NCBI GenBank assembly: GCA_964573095.1
Contig: CAZNIK010000002.1
Coordinates: 199,230 to 263,229 of the forward strand
Source of the DNA: an uncultured Candidatus Saccharibacteria bacterium
GTDB lineage: Bacteria; Patescibacteriota; Saccharimonadia; Saccharimonadales; 2-12-FULL-41-12
DNA: 64,000 nt
Direction of reading: 5' to 3'
Shown here: positions 52,868 to 63,226 of the stretch, in pieces
Layout of the letters: every line of letters begins with the position of its first letter
How positions within the stretch are numbered: position 1 is the stretch's first letter
Program-made: the position numbers and the translations under genes
The notes under the pieces: model-generated
The model's input: the letters and a program-made list of their open reading frames with translations, nothing else
Databases searched by the model: none
What the model was told of the DNA's origin: nothing

Positions 52868-54649
52868 ATGACCCAAGACCACATTAGAAATTTTTGTATC
52901 ATTGCCCATATCGATCATGGAAAATCGACACTTGCCGATCGATTATTGGAATTGACAGGTACGGTTCAGAAGCGCGATATGAAAGCGCAGCTGTTGGACA
53001 AAATGGAACTTGAGCGCGAAAAGGGCATTACGATTAAACTTGCACCGGTTCGAATGAGTTACAAAAACTACCAGTTGAATCTTATTGATACCCCCGGGCA
53101 TGTAGATTTTAGCTACGAAGTTTCAAGAAGCTTACAAGCCTGCGAAGGAGCAATTTTGGTGGTTGATGCCAGTCAAGGAATTCAAGCCCAGACGTTGGCA
53201 AATGTCTATCTTGCAATCGAAGCTGATTTAAAAATTATTCCCGTGTTGAATAAAATCGACCTGCCGGCCAGCGATGTCGTAAAGTCGACCAAAGAAGTTG
53301 TGAGTTTGTTAAATTGTGCCCTGCAAGATATTTTGAAAATCAGTGCGAAAACTGGACAGGGTGTTGAGGATGTATTGAGTGCGGTGATTAACAAAATACC
53401 TCCACCGCACGGCCAAAAAGATACCCCCACCCGAGCGCTCATTTTTGATAGCTACTATGATGATTATCGAGGGGTTGTGTTGTATATAAGAGTTGTCGAC
53501 GGCGCAATTATGAAAAATCAATCAATCAAAATGTTTGCCACCGGCGCAGAAGGCCAAGCGCTCGAAGTTGGATCGCTTCGCCCACAAATGTCTCCTAAAG
53601 CGCAGCTTCAAAACGGTGAAATTGGATACATTGTGACAAATCTAAGAAGCACTCGCGAGGCAAAAGTCGGCGACACCATTACTCTCAGCGGAAATCCTGC
53701 CAAGTCTTCGCTGCCCGGGTATCGAGACGTGAAACCATTTGTCTACGCCGGCTTTTTTCCAGAAAGCAATGAACAATATCAAGAACTGAAAGATGCCATC
53801 GAAAAGCTGGCGCTTAGTGACTCCGCGCTCCAGTATGAACTCGAGAATTCGCCAGTTCTTGGCTTTGGAGTCCGTATTGGTTTTTTGGGTTTGCTTCATA
53901 TGGACATTGTCCGAGAGCGCCTGGAAAGAGAGTACAACCTGGATCTTATCGTTACAAATCCCAGCACAGACTACCAAATCAGCCTTATTAACGGTGAAAA
54001 AGTTGACATAAAAAGTGCGGCTGATCTTCCCGATCCCGCAAAGATTCGCGAAATTGCTGAGCCTTGGATAGCCGGAGAAATTGTAGTCCCAAAAGAGTAT
54101 GTTGGTGCAGTTATCCAACTTGTGGCGGCAAAGCGGGGTGTCCACAAAAATGTGAGCTATGTTGACGCACAGCTGGCGCTCGTAAGCTTTGACGCGCCAC
54201 TGGCAAATTTATTAACCGATTTTTACGATCAGCTAAAAAGTGAGACCAGTGGCTACGGGAGCTTTAACTATGAGTTGTCAGATTATCGAGTCGAAGACCT
54301 AGTGCGAGTCGATTTTTATGTTGCGGGAGAAGCGATAAACGCACTATCGGTTATGGTTCATAAATCCGAAGCCGAAAAGCTTGGCAGAGAGGTCGTATCA
54401 AAGCTCAAGGAGGTCATTCCTCGCCAGAACTTTCAAGTGCCACTGCAAGCTGCCATTGGTGGTCGATTTATTGCCCGTGAGGATGTAAAAGCTTATCGCA
54501 AAGATGTAACTGCAAAACTATACGGTGGAGATGTCACGCGGCGCAAAAAGTTACTTGAAAAACAAAAAAAGGGGAAGGCTCGGGCGAAAAAGTTTGGGAA
54601 CGTCGAGATCCCAGCTGAAGCCTTCACCGTACTTCTTAAAAGAGATTAA
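52868..54649 (+). CDS. lepA: translation elongation factor 4
   Basis: Contains IRNFCIIAHIDHGKSTLADR, DTPGHVDF, NKID and the LepA-specific C-terminus. Confidence 0.95.
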   Translation: MTQDHIRNFCIIAHIDHGKSTLADRLLELTGTVQKRDMKAQLLDKMELEREKGITIKLAPVRMSYKNYQLNLIDTPGHVDFSYEVSRSLQACEGAILVVDASQGIQAQTLANVYLAIEADLKIIPVLNKIDLPASDVVKSTKEVVSLLNCALQDILKISAKTGQGVEDVLSAVINKIPPPHGQKDTPTRALIFDSYYDDYRGVVLYIRVVDGAIMKNQSIKMFATGAEGQALEVGSLRPQMSPKAQLQNGEIGYIVTNLRSTREAKVGDTITLSGNPAKSSLPGYRDVKPFVYAGFFPESNEQYQELKDAIEKLALSDSALQYELENSPVLGFGVRIGFLGLLHMDIVRERLEREYNLDLIVTNPSTDYQISLINGEKVDIKSAADLPDPAKIREIAEPWIAGEIVVPKEYVGAVIQLVAAKRGVHKNVSYVDAQLALVSFDAPLANLLTDFYDQLKSETSGYGSFNYELSDYRVEDLVRVDFYVAGEAINALSVMVHKSEAEKLGREVVSKLKEVIPRQNFQVPLQAAIGGRFIAREDVKAYRKDVTAKLYGGDVTRRKKLLEKQKKGKARAKKFGNVEIPAEAFTVLLKRD

Positions 54650-54653
54650 GCCA

Positions 54654-55373
54654 ATGAGTAGATTGCTAAAAGAAGCCGAAGTTCTCCACTTCAAAGAAAT
54701 GATTGATTCCTATCAGCCAAAACAAGACGTTTTGCGCGAGTTTGTTGCGAGTCAATTTGCAATTATTGCCGGTCCGTCTGGCGCCGGCAAAGATACGCTT
54801 CGAAATGAACTCATCACAACGTATCCAAACGCCTATCAACCGGTTCTCTCTACCACAACCCGGCCACCACGACAGGGTGAGCGCAACGGGGTGGATTATC
54901 ATTTTCGAACGCTACATTATGTCGAGAGCGGACTTAAATCTAAAGAATTTTTGCAAGCGGCGCTGGTTCATGATCAGCAAATCTCGTGTTTAGACATCCA
55001 AGAGATCCGTAAATTGCAACCGAATCAGACTGGTCTTAGCATTTTAATTGTGCAAACGGAGTACGAGCTGGTGCGCCTCAAGCCAAATCTAAAAACTATA
55101 TTTATCATTCCTCCAAATATCGATGTGCTTCGCGAACGTCTTCGCCAAGGACGGCCTTTATCAAAAGCCGAAACCGAGAGGCGAATGAAAGCAGGAGTTA
55201 AAGAACTGCAAATCGCATTAGAAACCGAGAGGTATTACTGTTTAGTGAGTGAAGATTTGTCTCTTCTGGCAAAGAATGTACACAACTACCTTAATACCAA
55301 TGTACGTATCTTGGACGAAGATAGGCGCGCAAGGACGGTAATAAAACAGATACTTAACACGTTAAGTAATTGA
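54654..55373 (+). CDS. guanylate kinase-like protein, divergent paralogue 1
   Basis: P-loop GPSGAGKDT and STTTRPPRQGERNGVDYHF. The usual E-x-A-x5-YGT segment is not recognisable. Confidence 0.6.
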   Translation: MSRLLKEAEVLHFKEMIDSYQPKQDVLREFVASQFAIIAGPSGAGKDTLRNELITTYPNAYQPVLSTTTRPPRQGERNGVDYHFRTLHYVESGLKSKEFLQAALVHDQQISCLDIQEIRKLQPNQTGLSILIVQTEYELVRLKPNLKTIFIIPPNIDVLRERLRQGRPLSKAETERRMKAGVKELQIALETERYYCLVSEDLSLLAKNVHNYLNTNVRILDEDRRARTVIKQILNTLSN

Positions 55374-55392
55374 GATATGTTAGGATGAATCT

Positions 55393-55653
55393 ATGGCTGA
55401 CAAACAATCGAACTCACTTACAAAAGCAGAAGAAAAACTCATCGACAAGTTGATAGAAAAACGAACAAAGGTTCAGACAAAATATCCGCTGTTATTTATC
55501 CTGCTTGTTACCTTTGGCGCGGTCGCTACCTTACAAGGCTTTCAACGACTGGTGGATAGAATTCCAGTCTTGAGCGACAACCCTTGGTTACTACTGGTGG
55601 CTGGTCTTGTAACGTTGACCGCAACCGGTACGTTATACAAAAAACTTAACTAG
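55393..55653 (+). CDS. small hypothetical membrane protein (2 TM)
   Basis: 86-aa ORF with two hydrophobic segments. Confidence 0.45.
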   Translation: MADKQSNSLTKAEEKLIDKLIEKRTKVQTKYPLLFILLVTFGAVATLQGFQRLVDRIPVLSDNPWLLLVAGLVTLTATGTLYKKLN

Positions 55654-55686
55654 CATACGCGGTTCGCGGATTGTTATAGTGAGTGC

Positions 55687-56319
55687 ATGGCGAAGCTACC
55701 AGACTATTTTGAATACTTCAAGGAACATCATCCTGGTGAACGCACCAACTTAAGCCCAATGTATTACGACCAGAGCGTGAGGTATTTCTTTATTGGTGAG
55801 ACAAAAGTTGCGCTCGAAGACTATGATCCATACACATATCGTCGTCGATCGCGAATCTGTGAGGAAGAAGGTGAGCACGCAGGCTTATTTGTGGATGAGA
55901 TTGCTGATCACCCGCTCATGATACCAGCTATGGGAACGGTCATTGCGGGTCCGAAACTTCATGAGTTTGTGCAAGCTGACCCCAGCCATGTAGAACGCGC
56001 GCGCGGCGTCATGGTCGATGCGTTTAAGCAGTTTTGCGATGAATTGCCAGTTGAGATTGAATCCTCGGGAGGTCATCTTGGTTTTAGCTCGAGCTTGGAT
56101 AGAGATGGGGCCATACATTTACAAGTACTGGGTGACTGCGCGTGTCTGGGTGCTACGCCCGATGAAGGTGTTATCCACGGAAAAATTGAACATGGCTTTG
56201 CGACTTACGCACTGCATAATGCTGATACGCAGGCACAAAGAGCAAGTTTGTACGCAGGCCTTGGACACTTAGCGCGGCTGGTGGACGATAAAGACGTAGC
56301 ACAAGCCTCACTCTTTTGA
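55687..56319 (+). CDS. hypothetical protein (210 aa)
   Basis: ORF only; no motif recognised. Confidence 0.5.
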   Translation: MAKLPDYFEYFKEHHPGERTNLSPMYYDQSVRYFFIGETKVALEDYDPYTYRRRSRICEEEGEHAGLFVDEIADHPLMIPAMGTVIAGPKLHEFVQADPSHVERARGVMVDAFKQFCDELPVEIESSGGHLGFSSSLDRDGAIHLQVLGDCACLGATPDEGVIHGKIEHGFATYALHNADTQAQRASLYAGLGHLARLVDDKDVAQASLF

Positions 56320-56331
56320 TAATCTTGACTG

Positions 56332-57048
56332 ATGGACAACAACCTGCTTAAGAAGCTACAGAACTACAGATTGCCTAAACCAGCAATATCGCTGATTCGC
56401 AATACCAAAATGGTGTTCATGGTTGGTATTACGGGAGCTGGTAAGGATTCGATACGAACCAAATTACTCAATACCGGCAAGTATCATCACATTGTTTCGC
56501 ATACAACAAGGCAGCGCCGAAAAAATCACGGCGTGTGGGAACAAGACGGGGTAGAGTACCACTTCATCGATCTTAAGACGGCCGAAAATATGCTCGATGA
56601 GGGAGGCTACGTTGAGGCCAAGCTATTTAGCGGCAATATCTATGGAACGAGCGTGGCGGAGATACAGATGGCACATGACGAGGGCAAAATTGCAATAAGT
56701 GACATTGAGGTGCAGGGTGTCGCTGAATATAAAGCGGTTGCCAAGAACGTCATTCCGGTTTTTATTTTGCCGCCAAGTTTTCAAACTTGGCAAAAAAGGA
56801 TTCACGGGCGTTACGATACGGAAAGCATGGACCGGGCAGACATCAAAAAACGTCTAAAGACTGCAAAACAGGAACTTAAAGAGGCCTTAACTCAAGACTA
56901 TTTTGAATTTGTGATCAACGATGATCTCGAAAAGAGTGTACGCATTGTTGATCAAATAGCGCATGGTCACTTTTCTGACAAAAAGAATTTGGCTGCCCGG
57001 GAAATAGCCGAAAAACTCCTGGAAGATATTGAAACAGCTGGTTACTAG
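56332..57048 (+). CDS. gmk: guanylate kinase-like protein, paralogue 2 (more canonical)
   Basis: P-loop GITGAGKDS, SHTTRQRR...GVEYHF, and VEAKLFSGNIYGTS. Confidence 0.6.
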   Translation: MDNNLLKKLQNYRLPKPAISLIRNTKMVFMVGITGAGKDSIRTKLLNTGKYHHIVSHTTRQRRKNHGVWEQDGVEYHFIDLKTAENMLDEGGYVEAKLFSGNIYGTSVAEIQMAHDEGKIAISDIEVQGVAEYKAVAKNVIPVFILPPSFQTWQKRIHGRYDTESMDRADIKKRLKTAKQELKEALTQDYFEFVINDDLEKSVRIVDQIAHGHFSDKKNLAAREIAEKLLEDIETAGY

Positions 57049-57086
57049 GTTAGAATTTAATCGAAAAATATGTTATAATAATTCTT

Positions 57087-57395
57087 ATGCTACCAAGAGC
57101 CGATAGAGATGGGGTGCGACTAAATCATTCGACTGAGCTGCAAATGATTCACGACGGAATTGCAATTTGTGATCCCTTGCTTGTGGACGAAATTGAATAT
57201 CGACTTCCAAAACAAGTTGTCCAAGGGCATTTTGATGATGCGCTGAACGATACAGTTGATTTGTCGCACGAGGAAACACGTCTTGCGCACAGGATTCTGA
57301 GCGTTCTAAAGCAGGCATCTGAAAACGATCCTTTGAGGTACCGAATGGCCTCAATAATGATTGGTCAAATAGAAGAACACACCGACATCAAATAG
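57087..57395 (+). CDS. hypothetical protein (102 aa)
   Basis: ORF only. Confidence 0.4.
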   Translation: MLPRADRDGVRLNHSTELQMIHDGIAICDPLLVDEIEYRLPKQVVQGHFDDALNDTVDLSHEETRLAHRILSVLKQASENDPLRYRMASIMIGQIEEHTDIK

Positions 57396-57404
57396 GTTTG
57401 GTGT

Positions 57405-57431
57405 TTAGCACTCTTGAATGCTGAGTGCCAA
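57405..57431. promoter_or_regulatory. CIRCE operator (HrcA binding site) upstream of hrcA
   Basis: TTAGCACTC-ttgaatgct-GAGTGCCAA compared with the consensus TTAGCACTC-N9-GAGTGCTAA. Confidence 0.85.
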
Positions 57432-57453
57432 GATAGTATAATTAGCTATTAAG

Positions 57454-58158
57454 ATGACAGTGCGGCAAGAACAGTTGCTAAGAGCAATAGTTGAGCAGTA
57501 CGCAGAGGTTGCAAGCCCTGTGGGGAGTAGTTTGTTGGCAAAAGTTTTTGGAGTGAGTAGTGCCACCATAAGGTCCGAGATGGCCGAATTAGAGCGACTT
57601 GACTACATTGCCCAACCTCATACCAGCGCAGGAAGAGTTCCAACTGACAAAGGCTACCGCAGGTACGTGAACTGGCTACAGGATAACGAAACAAACCAAA
57701 AAATCACCAGACAAGCACACGCGATAGAACGACAAATTCAGCATTCTGGCGAAGACGAACAGGCGGTAAAAAATGCCGTGCAAGCTCTTGCGCTCGCGAC
57801 ACACAACTTGAGTATCGGGTTTTGGAACAACCGAGCATATCAGTATGGTTTACCAAGCTTGTTTCAGCATCCAGAGTTTTTTGGTGGACCAGAGGCATTC
57901 GCGATAGCACAATTAGTAGAGCGTTTGCCCGAATTAATCGATCAAATTTACGAGGATACAAACCGAGTGACGGTCTATATTGGTCATGAAAATCCTGTCG
58001 GCCGCGCTGCGGGCGCCAGCTCGATCATAGGACGGGTTCAAACTCCCGAAGGCCAAAGTTTTGTTGGGGTTGTAGGCCCCACGCGGCAAAACTATGGACA
58101 AGTAGTTGGCTTGGTTGACTATGTAAGTTGTTCTTTGGAGAAAACCCTCAATGCCTAA
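57454..58158 (+). CDS. hrcA: heat-inducible transcription repressor HrcA (short form, 234 aa)
   Basis: Contains RQEQLLRAIVEQYAEVASPVGSSLLA...SSATIRSEMAELERLDYIAQPHTSAGRVPTDKGYRRYV. Confidence 0.85.
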   Translation: MTVRQEQLLRAIVEQYAEVASPVGSSLLAKVFGVSSATIRSEMAELERLDYIAQPHTSAGRVPTDKGYRRYVNWLQDNETNQKITRQAHAIERQIQHSGEDEQAVKNAVQALALATHNLSIGFWNNRAYQYGLPSLFQHPEFFGGPEAFAIAQLVERLPELIDQIYEDTNRVTVYIGHENPVGRAAGASSIIGRVQTPEGQSFVGVVGPTRQNYGQVVGLVDYVSCSLEKTLNA

Positions 58159-58615
58159 AAAATTAAATACAAAAAAAGCGGAAGATTTAAAGCAACAGAT
58201 CGAGAACTTAACAACTGCGTTGCAGCAAGAGCGGGCTGATGCTGAGAACATACGGCGCCGACATCAAGCTCAGTTAAGTGGCCTGCAGGAGCTAGCCAAG
58301 GTGTCGGTTGTAAAGGAGTTATTACCTGCAATTGATAATCTTGAAAGAGCGCTTGCACATACCCCAAAAGATCTAAAAGATCATCAGTACGTAAAAGGTG
58401 TGGCTGGAGTCGTGAAACAGTTCGAAAAGTCGCTTCACGATCTTGGGGTAAAAAGAATAATAACCGTTGGTGAACCGTTTGATCCTAGACTTCATGAGGC
58501 AGTAGGCAGCGAAGGGGATGGTGAAGCAGAAGTGGTGTCTGAGGAACTTCAAGCGGGCTATGTTTTGGGGACCCAGGTTATTCGTCACGCGATGGTAAAA
58601 GTTAAAAGGATTTAG
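58151..58615 (+). CDS. grpE: nucleotide exchange factor GrpE
   Basis: Coiled-coil N-terminus, LLPAIDNLERAL, FDPRLHEAV, and operon context. Confidence 0.85.
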   Translation: MPKKLNTKKAEDLKQQIENLTTALQQERADAENIRRRHQAQLSGLQELAKVSVVKELLPAIDNLERALAHTPKDLKDHQYVKGVAGVVKQFEKSLHDLGVKRIITVGEPFDPRLHEAVGSEGDGEAEVVSEELQAGYVLGTQVIRHAMVKVKRI

Positions 58616-58617
58616 AG

Positions 58618-58971
58618 ATGGAAACATACGATTTTATGCCTGGACGGGAAGGCAACACCTTAAGAGAACTTGGTAGATGGCTGAGGCATTGTCAAAATGA
58701 CGAATCGCTTCAAACCGAAGCGGGATATATTGAAAGCGCCATTGAATCGTATAAGAATCAAGAGGTTGACGAACTCGATACACTTCGGTCATTGTATCAG
58801 CGCTACTACGCTACGGACGGGAGCGTTTCAGAGAACGCAAGTACCATATTGCTTCAGTCAACCATGTGGTTTGGTTTCGAGGCTGACATTGATCAAGAAC
58901 TAGACATGGAAATAAGCCGACAAGAAGCCGAAAAAGTTACTAGCAGCAAAGAAAGCTTTAACCAAAATTAG
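58618..58971 (+). CDS. hypothetical acidic protein (117 aa) between grpE and dnaK
   Basis: The ORF starts 3 nt after the grpE stop. No motif recognised. Confidence 0.45.
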   Translation: METYDFMPGREGNTLRELGRWLRHCQNDESLQTEAGYIESAIESYKNQEVDELDTLRSLYQRYYATDGSVSENASTILLQSTMWFGFEADIDQELDMEISRQEAEKVTSSKESFNQN

Positions 58972-58994
58972 CACTCTTGACTCACGAGTGCCAG
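58968..58994. promoter_or_regulatory. second CIRCE operator, upstream of dnaK
   Basis: TTAGCACTC-ttgactcac-GAGTGCCAG. It overlaps the stop codon of the 117-aa ORF. Confidence 0.85.
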
Positions 58995-59059
58995 GTCATT
59001 TATACTAGCAATACGATATATAGACTGCTAATTCTTTATAGAGAAAGGAAATTACAATA

Positions 59060-60973
59060 ATGGGCAAAATAATCGGTATTGATCTTGGAACCACGAACTC
59101 AGCCATGGCGGTTATGCAGAGTGGGAAACCAGAAATTATTGCAAACAGCGAAGGTAATCGAACTACCCCGAGCGTTGTAGCTATTAATAAGAATAAAGAA
59201 CGACTTGTTGGACAAGTTGCAAATCGCCAACGAGTAACCAATCCTACAAACACTATTTTTGGAGTAAAACGTTTAATTGGGCGCAAGTTTAGTGACAAAG
59301 AGGTGTCCAGGGACATTGACCTTATGCCGTACAAAATTGTCAAAAGTGGTAGCGGCGTTAAGGTGACCATGAGTGACAAGGACCACAGCCCAGAAGAAGT
59401 TAGTGCGATGATCCTAAGCAAGCTCAAGGCAGATGCCGAAGCGTTTCTTGGCGAACCCGTGACCGAAGCGGTTATTACGGTGCCAGCCTATTTTGATGAT
59501 TCACAAAGACAGGCAACCAAAGATGCGGGCAAAATTGCTGGCTTAGAAGTCAAGCGTATCATTAATGAGCCGACCGCGGCAGCGCTTGCCTACGGACTCG
59601 ATAAGGGCAAAGAAGAAAAAATTGCTGTATTCGATCTCGGAGGCGGTACGTTTGATGTGTCAATTCTTCAGCTTGGAGACGGCGTGTTTGAAGTGCTTTC
59701 TACCAACGGAGACACTCACCTTGGCGGTGAGGACTTTGATCTTAGGATCGTAAATCACTTTGTTGATGAGTTTAAAAAAGAATCTGGCATTGACGTAAAG
59801 GGTGACAAATCTGCGATGCAGCGCCTAAAGGAAGAGGCCGAAAAAGCCAAAAAAGAACTTTCGACTACAGAAGTTGCCGATATTAACTTGCCGTTTTTGA
59901 CGGCTGATGCTGATGGCCCTAAGCACTTCGAGTACAAATTGACTCGAGCCAAACTTATCGAACTGGTGGGCGAGCTTATCGATAAAACTGCCGAACCGTG
60001 CGAGAAGGCTTTGAAAGATGCCAAGCTCAAGGCGGGTGACATTAACGAAGTTATCTTGGTTGGCGGTATGACGCGAATGCCTGCAGTGATCGAAAAGGTA
60101 AAGAAAATATTTGGCAAAGAACCAAAACAGGGAGTCAATCCCGACGAAGTTGTTGCGGTAGGTGCCGCAATTCAAGGTGGTGTGCTGCAAGGCGACGTCA
60201 AAGACGTGCTTTTGCTTGATGTCACACCGCTTAGTCTTGGCATCGAAACGCTCGGTGGTGTTGCAACCAAGCTGATCGAACGAAACACCACTATTCCAAC
60301 CAGTAAGAGTGAGGTGTTTTCCACCGCGGCTGACAACCAACCTCAGGTAGAGATTCACGTCGTTCAGGGCGAAAGAGGTATGGTAAATGACAACAAATCG
60401 CTTGGCCGGTTTGTGCTTGATGGCATTCCGCCCGCTCCACGTGGTGTACCCCAGATTGAAGTAACTTTTAATCTTGATGCCAACGGCATTCTAAATGTGA
60501 CGGCTAAAGATAAGGGCTCTGGCAAAGAACAAAGCATCACTATTCAAAACAGTGGTAACTTATCCAAGGAAGAAGTAGAAAAGGCCGCCAAAGAAGCCGA
60601 GGCGCACGCTGATGAGGACAAGAAAAAGCGTGAAATCATTGAGGCCAGAAACACGCTTGAGAATGCAATCTATCAAGCCGAGAAGCTAAAAACCGACAAC
60701 AAAGACAAGGTCTCAGAAGAAGATGCTAAGAAGATCGACGAAATAGTTGAGAAGGTTAAAAAAGTTCAAGCGGACGAAAAAGCGGACAAGGAAGCGCTCG
60801 AAGCTGCCGGGAAAGAACTCAATGATGTTGTCATGCCGATCGGCGCAAAGATGTACGAGACAGCAAGCAAAGAGGCGAGCGAAAAAGACGCAAAAAAAGA
60901 TAGCAAAAAGTCACAGAAGAACGAACCCGTAGAAGGCGAAGTTGTCGACGAAAAAGATACCAAGAAGGAATAG
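59060..60973 (+). CDS. dnaK: molecular chaperone DnaK (Hsp70)
   Basis: Contains [23 protein letters not shown] and [11 protein letters not shown]. Confidence 0.97.
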   Translation: MGKIIGIDLGTTNSAMAVMQSGKPEIIANSEGNRTTPSVVAINKNKERLVGQVANRQRVTNPTNTIFGVKRLIGRKFSDKEVSRDIDLMPYKIVKSGSGVKVTMSDKDHSPEEVSAMILSKLKADAEAFLGEPVTEAVITVPAYFDDSQRQATKDAGKIAGLEVKRIINEPTAAALAYGLDKGKEEKIAVFDLGGGTFDVSILQLGDGVFEVLSTNGDTHLGGEDFDLRIVNHFVDEFKKESGIDVKGDKSAMQRLKEEAEKAKKELSTTEVADINLPFLTADADGPKHFEYKLTRAKLIELVGELIDKTAEPCEKALKDAKLKAGDINEVILVGGMTRMPAVIEKVKKIFGKEPKQGVNPDEVVAVGAAIQGGVLQGDVKDVLLLDVTPLSLGIETLGGVATKLIERNTTIPTSKSEVFSTAADNQPQVEIHVVQGERGMVNDNKSLGRFVLDGIPPAPRGVPQIEVTFNLDANGILNVTAKDKGSGKEQSITIQNSGNLSKEEVEKAAKEAEAHADEDKKKREIIEARNTLENAIYQAEKLKTDNKDKVSEEDAKKIDEIVEKVKKVQADEKADKEALEAAGKELNDVVMPIGAKMYETASKEASEKDAKKDSKKSQKNEPVEGEVVDEKDTKKE

Positions 60974-60974
60974 C

Positions 60975-61412
60975 ATGTCAGCGCCACTAGAAAAACTGGC
61001 ATTTGTGGCAGTAAATGATCGTATACACGAGCAACTACGTGGCGTGGAATGTCGTTTTGATGGCATAAGGCGACTTAACATATTTACCGGCAGAACAGCT
61101 CTTGATGGTTACCAAGTTGGAATTGGCCTATCAATTAACCCAGATTCCTCAATTGAATACCATGTAAGAAAAGAACGCCCTAAGGACTTTGATGGGTATC
61201 TTGAGGGTTGGGATTACCCTTGGGGTAGTGACTATCCCCGTGCCCTCCACGGCAGAGTCCACGAAAGTCGAGTGTTATTGAGCTCCGTTCACCCTAATGA
61301 CATCCGCGAAGCTCGCTCTATGGATGGCGATGACCTAAGACTAATAGGGCTGCTTTTAGATAAATTCGAAGAAGCTAAAGTTGACCCAGCTTTCGCAGAC
61401 ACTGTGAGATAA
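60975..61412 (+). CDS. hypothetical protein (145 aa) between dnaK and dnaJ
   Basis: The ATG lies 1 nt after the dnaK stop. No motif recognised. Confidence 0.45.
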   Translation: MSAPLEKLAFVAVNDRIHEQLRGVECRFDGIRRLNIFTGRTALDGYQVGIGLSINPDSSIEYHVRKERPKDFDGYLEGWDYPWGSDYPRALHGRVHESRVLLSSVHPNDIREARSMDGDDLRLIGLLLDKFEEAKVDPAFADTVR

Positions 61413-61421
61413 TGGAGCGAT

Positions 61422-62522
61422 ATGTCCAAGAAGGATTACTATGAAGTATTGGGAGTAGAGAAAGGAGCGAGTGAGGACGAGCTCAAGAAAGCCTTTCGAC
61501 GGAAGGCTGTTGAATATCATCCCGATCGAGGAGGCGACGAGGCGAAATTTAAAGAAGTAAATGAAGCCTACGAGGTACTCAAAGATCCCTCAAAACGGCA
61601 GCGTTATGATCAGTTTGGTCACGCCGGCGTTGGGTCGAGTGCTGCGAGTGATGGCGGCAATCCGTTTGCTGGCTTCGGCCAACAAGGCCAAGAAGTTCAT
61701 TTTGATTTTGGCGACCTTGGTCTGGGCGACATTTTTAGCAGTTTTTTTGGCGGAGGGTCGTCGCAGCGTGGTGCGCGAACGGCGCGCGGCAACGACGTCG
61801 AGACCGCAATTGATCTAAGCTTTGAACAGGCTGTGTTTGGCATCGAAAAAGAACTTAAAATTACCCTCGCAGACACCTGTAGCCATTGCAAAGGCACAAC
61901 AGCCGAACCTGGCTATGAGCTGAAGTCTTGTCCAACCTGTGGTGGTTCTGGTCAAGTGGTGCAAGCAATGCGAACAGTGTTCGGCAATATTCAACAAGCC
62001 GCAACCTGCCCAGAGTGCAAAGGAACTGGAAAAGTGCCGGAAAAGGTGTGTAGCGTGTGTCACGGCAAAGGGACTGAAAAACGCGCCCAAACAATTAATC
62101 TTAAAGTTCCAGCTGGAATCGATGATGGCGCGACCATACGCCTTCGAGAGCATGGCGAGGCGGTCGCGAATGGGCCCAAGGGCGATCTGTATGTGCATAT
62201 TCGTGTGAAGCCACATAAAAAATTTACGCGCGAAGGCGAGCTCATTTTAAGCATAGAACACGTTGCTATGGTCCAGGCATCCTTGGGTACCGAAATTGAT
62301 GTCGATACCGTCGATGGTCCGATAAGCATGAAAATACCACCCGGCACACAAAGCGGAACCGACTTTAAGTTGTCTGGTCACGGTGTCCCAAAGTTGCGCA
62401 GCGACAAGCGTGGCGCACACATCGTCACGATAATTGTTGATACGCCGACGAAATTATCAAAGAAGCAGATAGAACTACTTGAAGAATTCAATAAAAATCA
62501 TAAAAAAGGATTTTTTGGCTAA
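61422..62522 (+). CDS. dnaJ: molecular chaperone DnaJ
   Basis: J domain (DYYEVLGV...HPD), a G/F region, and four CxxCxGxG zinc-finger repeats. Confidence 0.95.
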   Translation: MSKKDYYEVLGVEKGASEDELKKAFRRKAVEYHPDRGGDEAKFKEVNEAYEVLKDPSKRQRYDQFGHAGVGSSAASDGGNPFAGFGQQGQEVHFDFGDLGLGDIFSSFFGGGSSQRGARTARGNDVETAIDLSFEQAVFGIEKELKITLADTCSHCKGTTAEPGYELKSCPTCGGSGQVVQAMRTVFGNIQQAATCPECKGTGKVPEKVCSVCHGKGTEKRAQTINLKVPAGIDDGATIRLREHGEAVANGPKGDLYVHIRVKPHKKFTREGELILSIEHVAMVQASLGTEIDVDTVDGPISMKIPPGTQSGTDFKLSGHGVPKLRSDKRGAHIVTIIVDTPTKLSKKQIELLEEFNKNHKKGFFG

Positions 62523-63226
62523 TCTTCAACCCGTTCATATTTCGGTAGATCACGCAAACGCACCCCACTTTTTTCGACGAAGTACTTGCCTAGTTTTAGA
62601 TATTTTTTCTTTAGCCACGTAAGCGAGGGAAGCTGCTCGAGCTTGTTAGCGTACATTGCGCGGTCGGCTTCTCCCAGAAGTTCGCTGGTTGTCATCCCGG
62701 CTTGTAATGTACTTGCACCGATCGAGAGACCGAGCCCTATGTCGCGAAAGTCTTTTGGACTTTTCTCTAGGTGGCTCGAAAACATTTCTCTTAAACGTTC
62801 AATAATAACTTCGACACCGAGTTCATCAGTGTGACAAATGACTCCAAACTCATCACCACCTATCCTGCCGGGAACGAGGCCGATGGTTTCGTATTGGTTG
62901 TCAGAAGCTGCCTCTGTATGCACGAGATTATCAGAAGCTCTTTCTGGAAAGTTTGCTGAGGGAGCTTGTCGAAAACTATTTGCCAACTCCACATTTAATG
63001 AGTCTATTTCGTGGAGCACTCTGTCTCCAACTTCGTGTCCTAAGATATCATTGACGTCCTTAAAATGGTTTACATCAATAAATAGTACCGACAAAGGGGC
63101 ATTGTGTGCGTGCGCGTGCTGGACTTGTGCTTCTAGCTCGTTGTGCCACTGTTCTTTATTGTGCTGACCAATAGATTGGTTCGTCGCAATCGACCAAACA
63201 TCGGTTTCGTGTGCTCCGTACTGCAT
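62519..63226 (-). CDS. GGDEF-domain diguanylate cyclase
   Basis: Contains LFIDVNHFKDVNDILGHEVGD and RIGGDEFGVI. The TTG start in the track coincides with a TTGACA -35 hexamer, so I prefer the ATG at 63226. Confidence 0.8.
   Translation of the reverse strand: MQYGAHETDVWSIATNQSIGQHNKEQWHNELEAQVQHAHAHNAPLSVLFIDVNHFKDVNDILGHEVGDRVLHEIDSLNVELANSFRQAPSANFPERASDNLVHTEAASDNQYETIGLVPGRIGGDEFGVICHTDELGVEVIIERLREMFSSHLEKSPKDFRDIGLGLSIGASTLQAGMTTSELLGEADRAMYANKLEQLPSLTWLKKKYLKLGKYFVEKSGVRLRDLPKYERVED

Noticed and set aside
59005-60358. Minus-strand ORFs (140, 127 and 177 aa) inside dnaK
   Set aside because: They are antisense shadows within one of the most conserved genes in the window.
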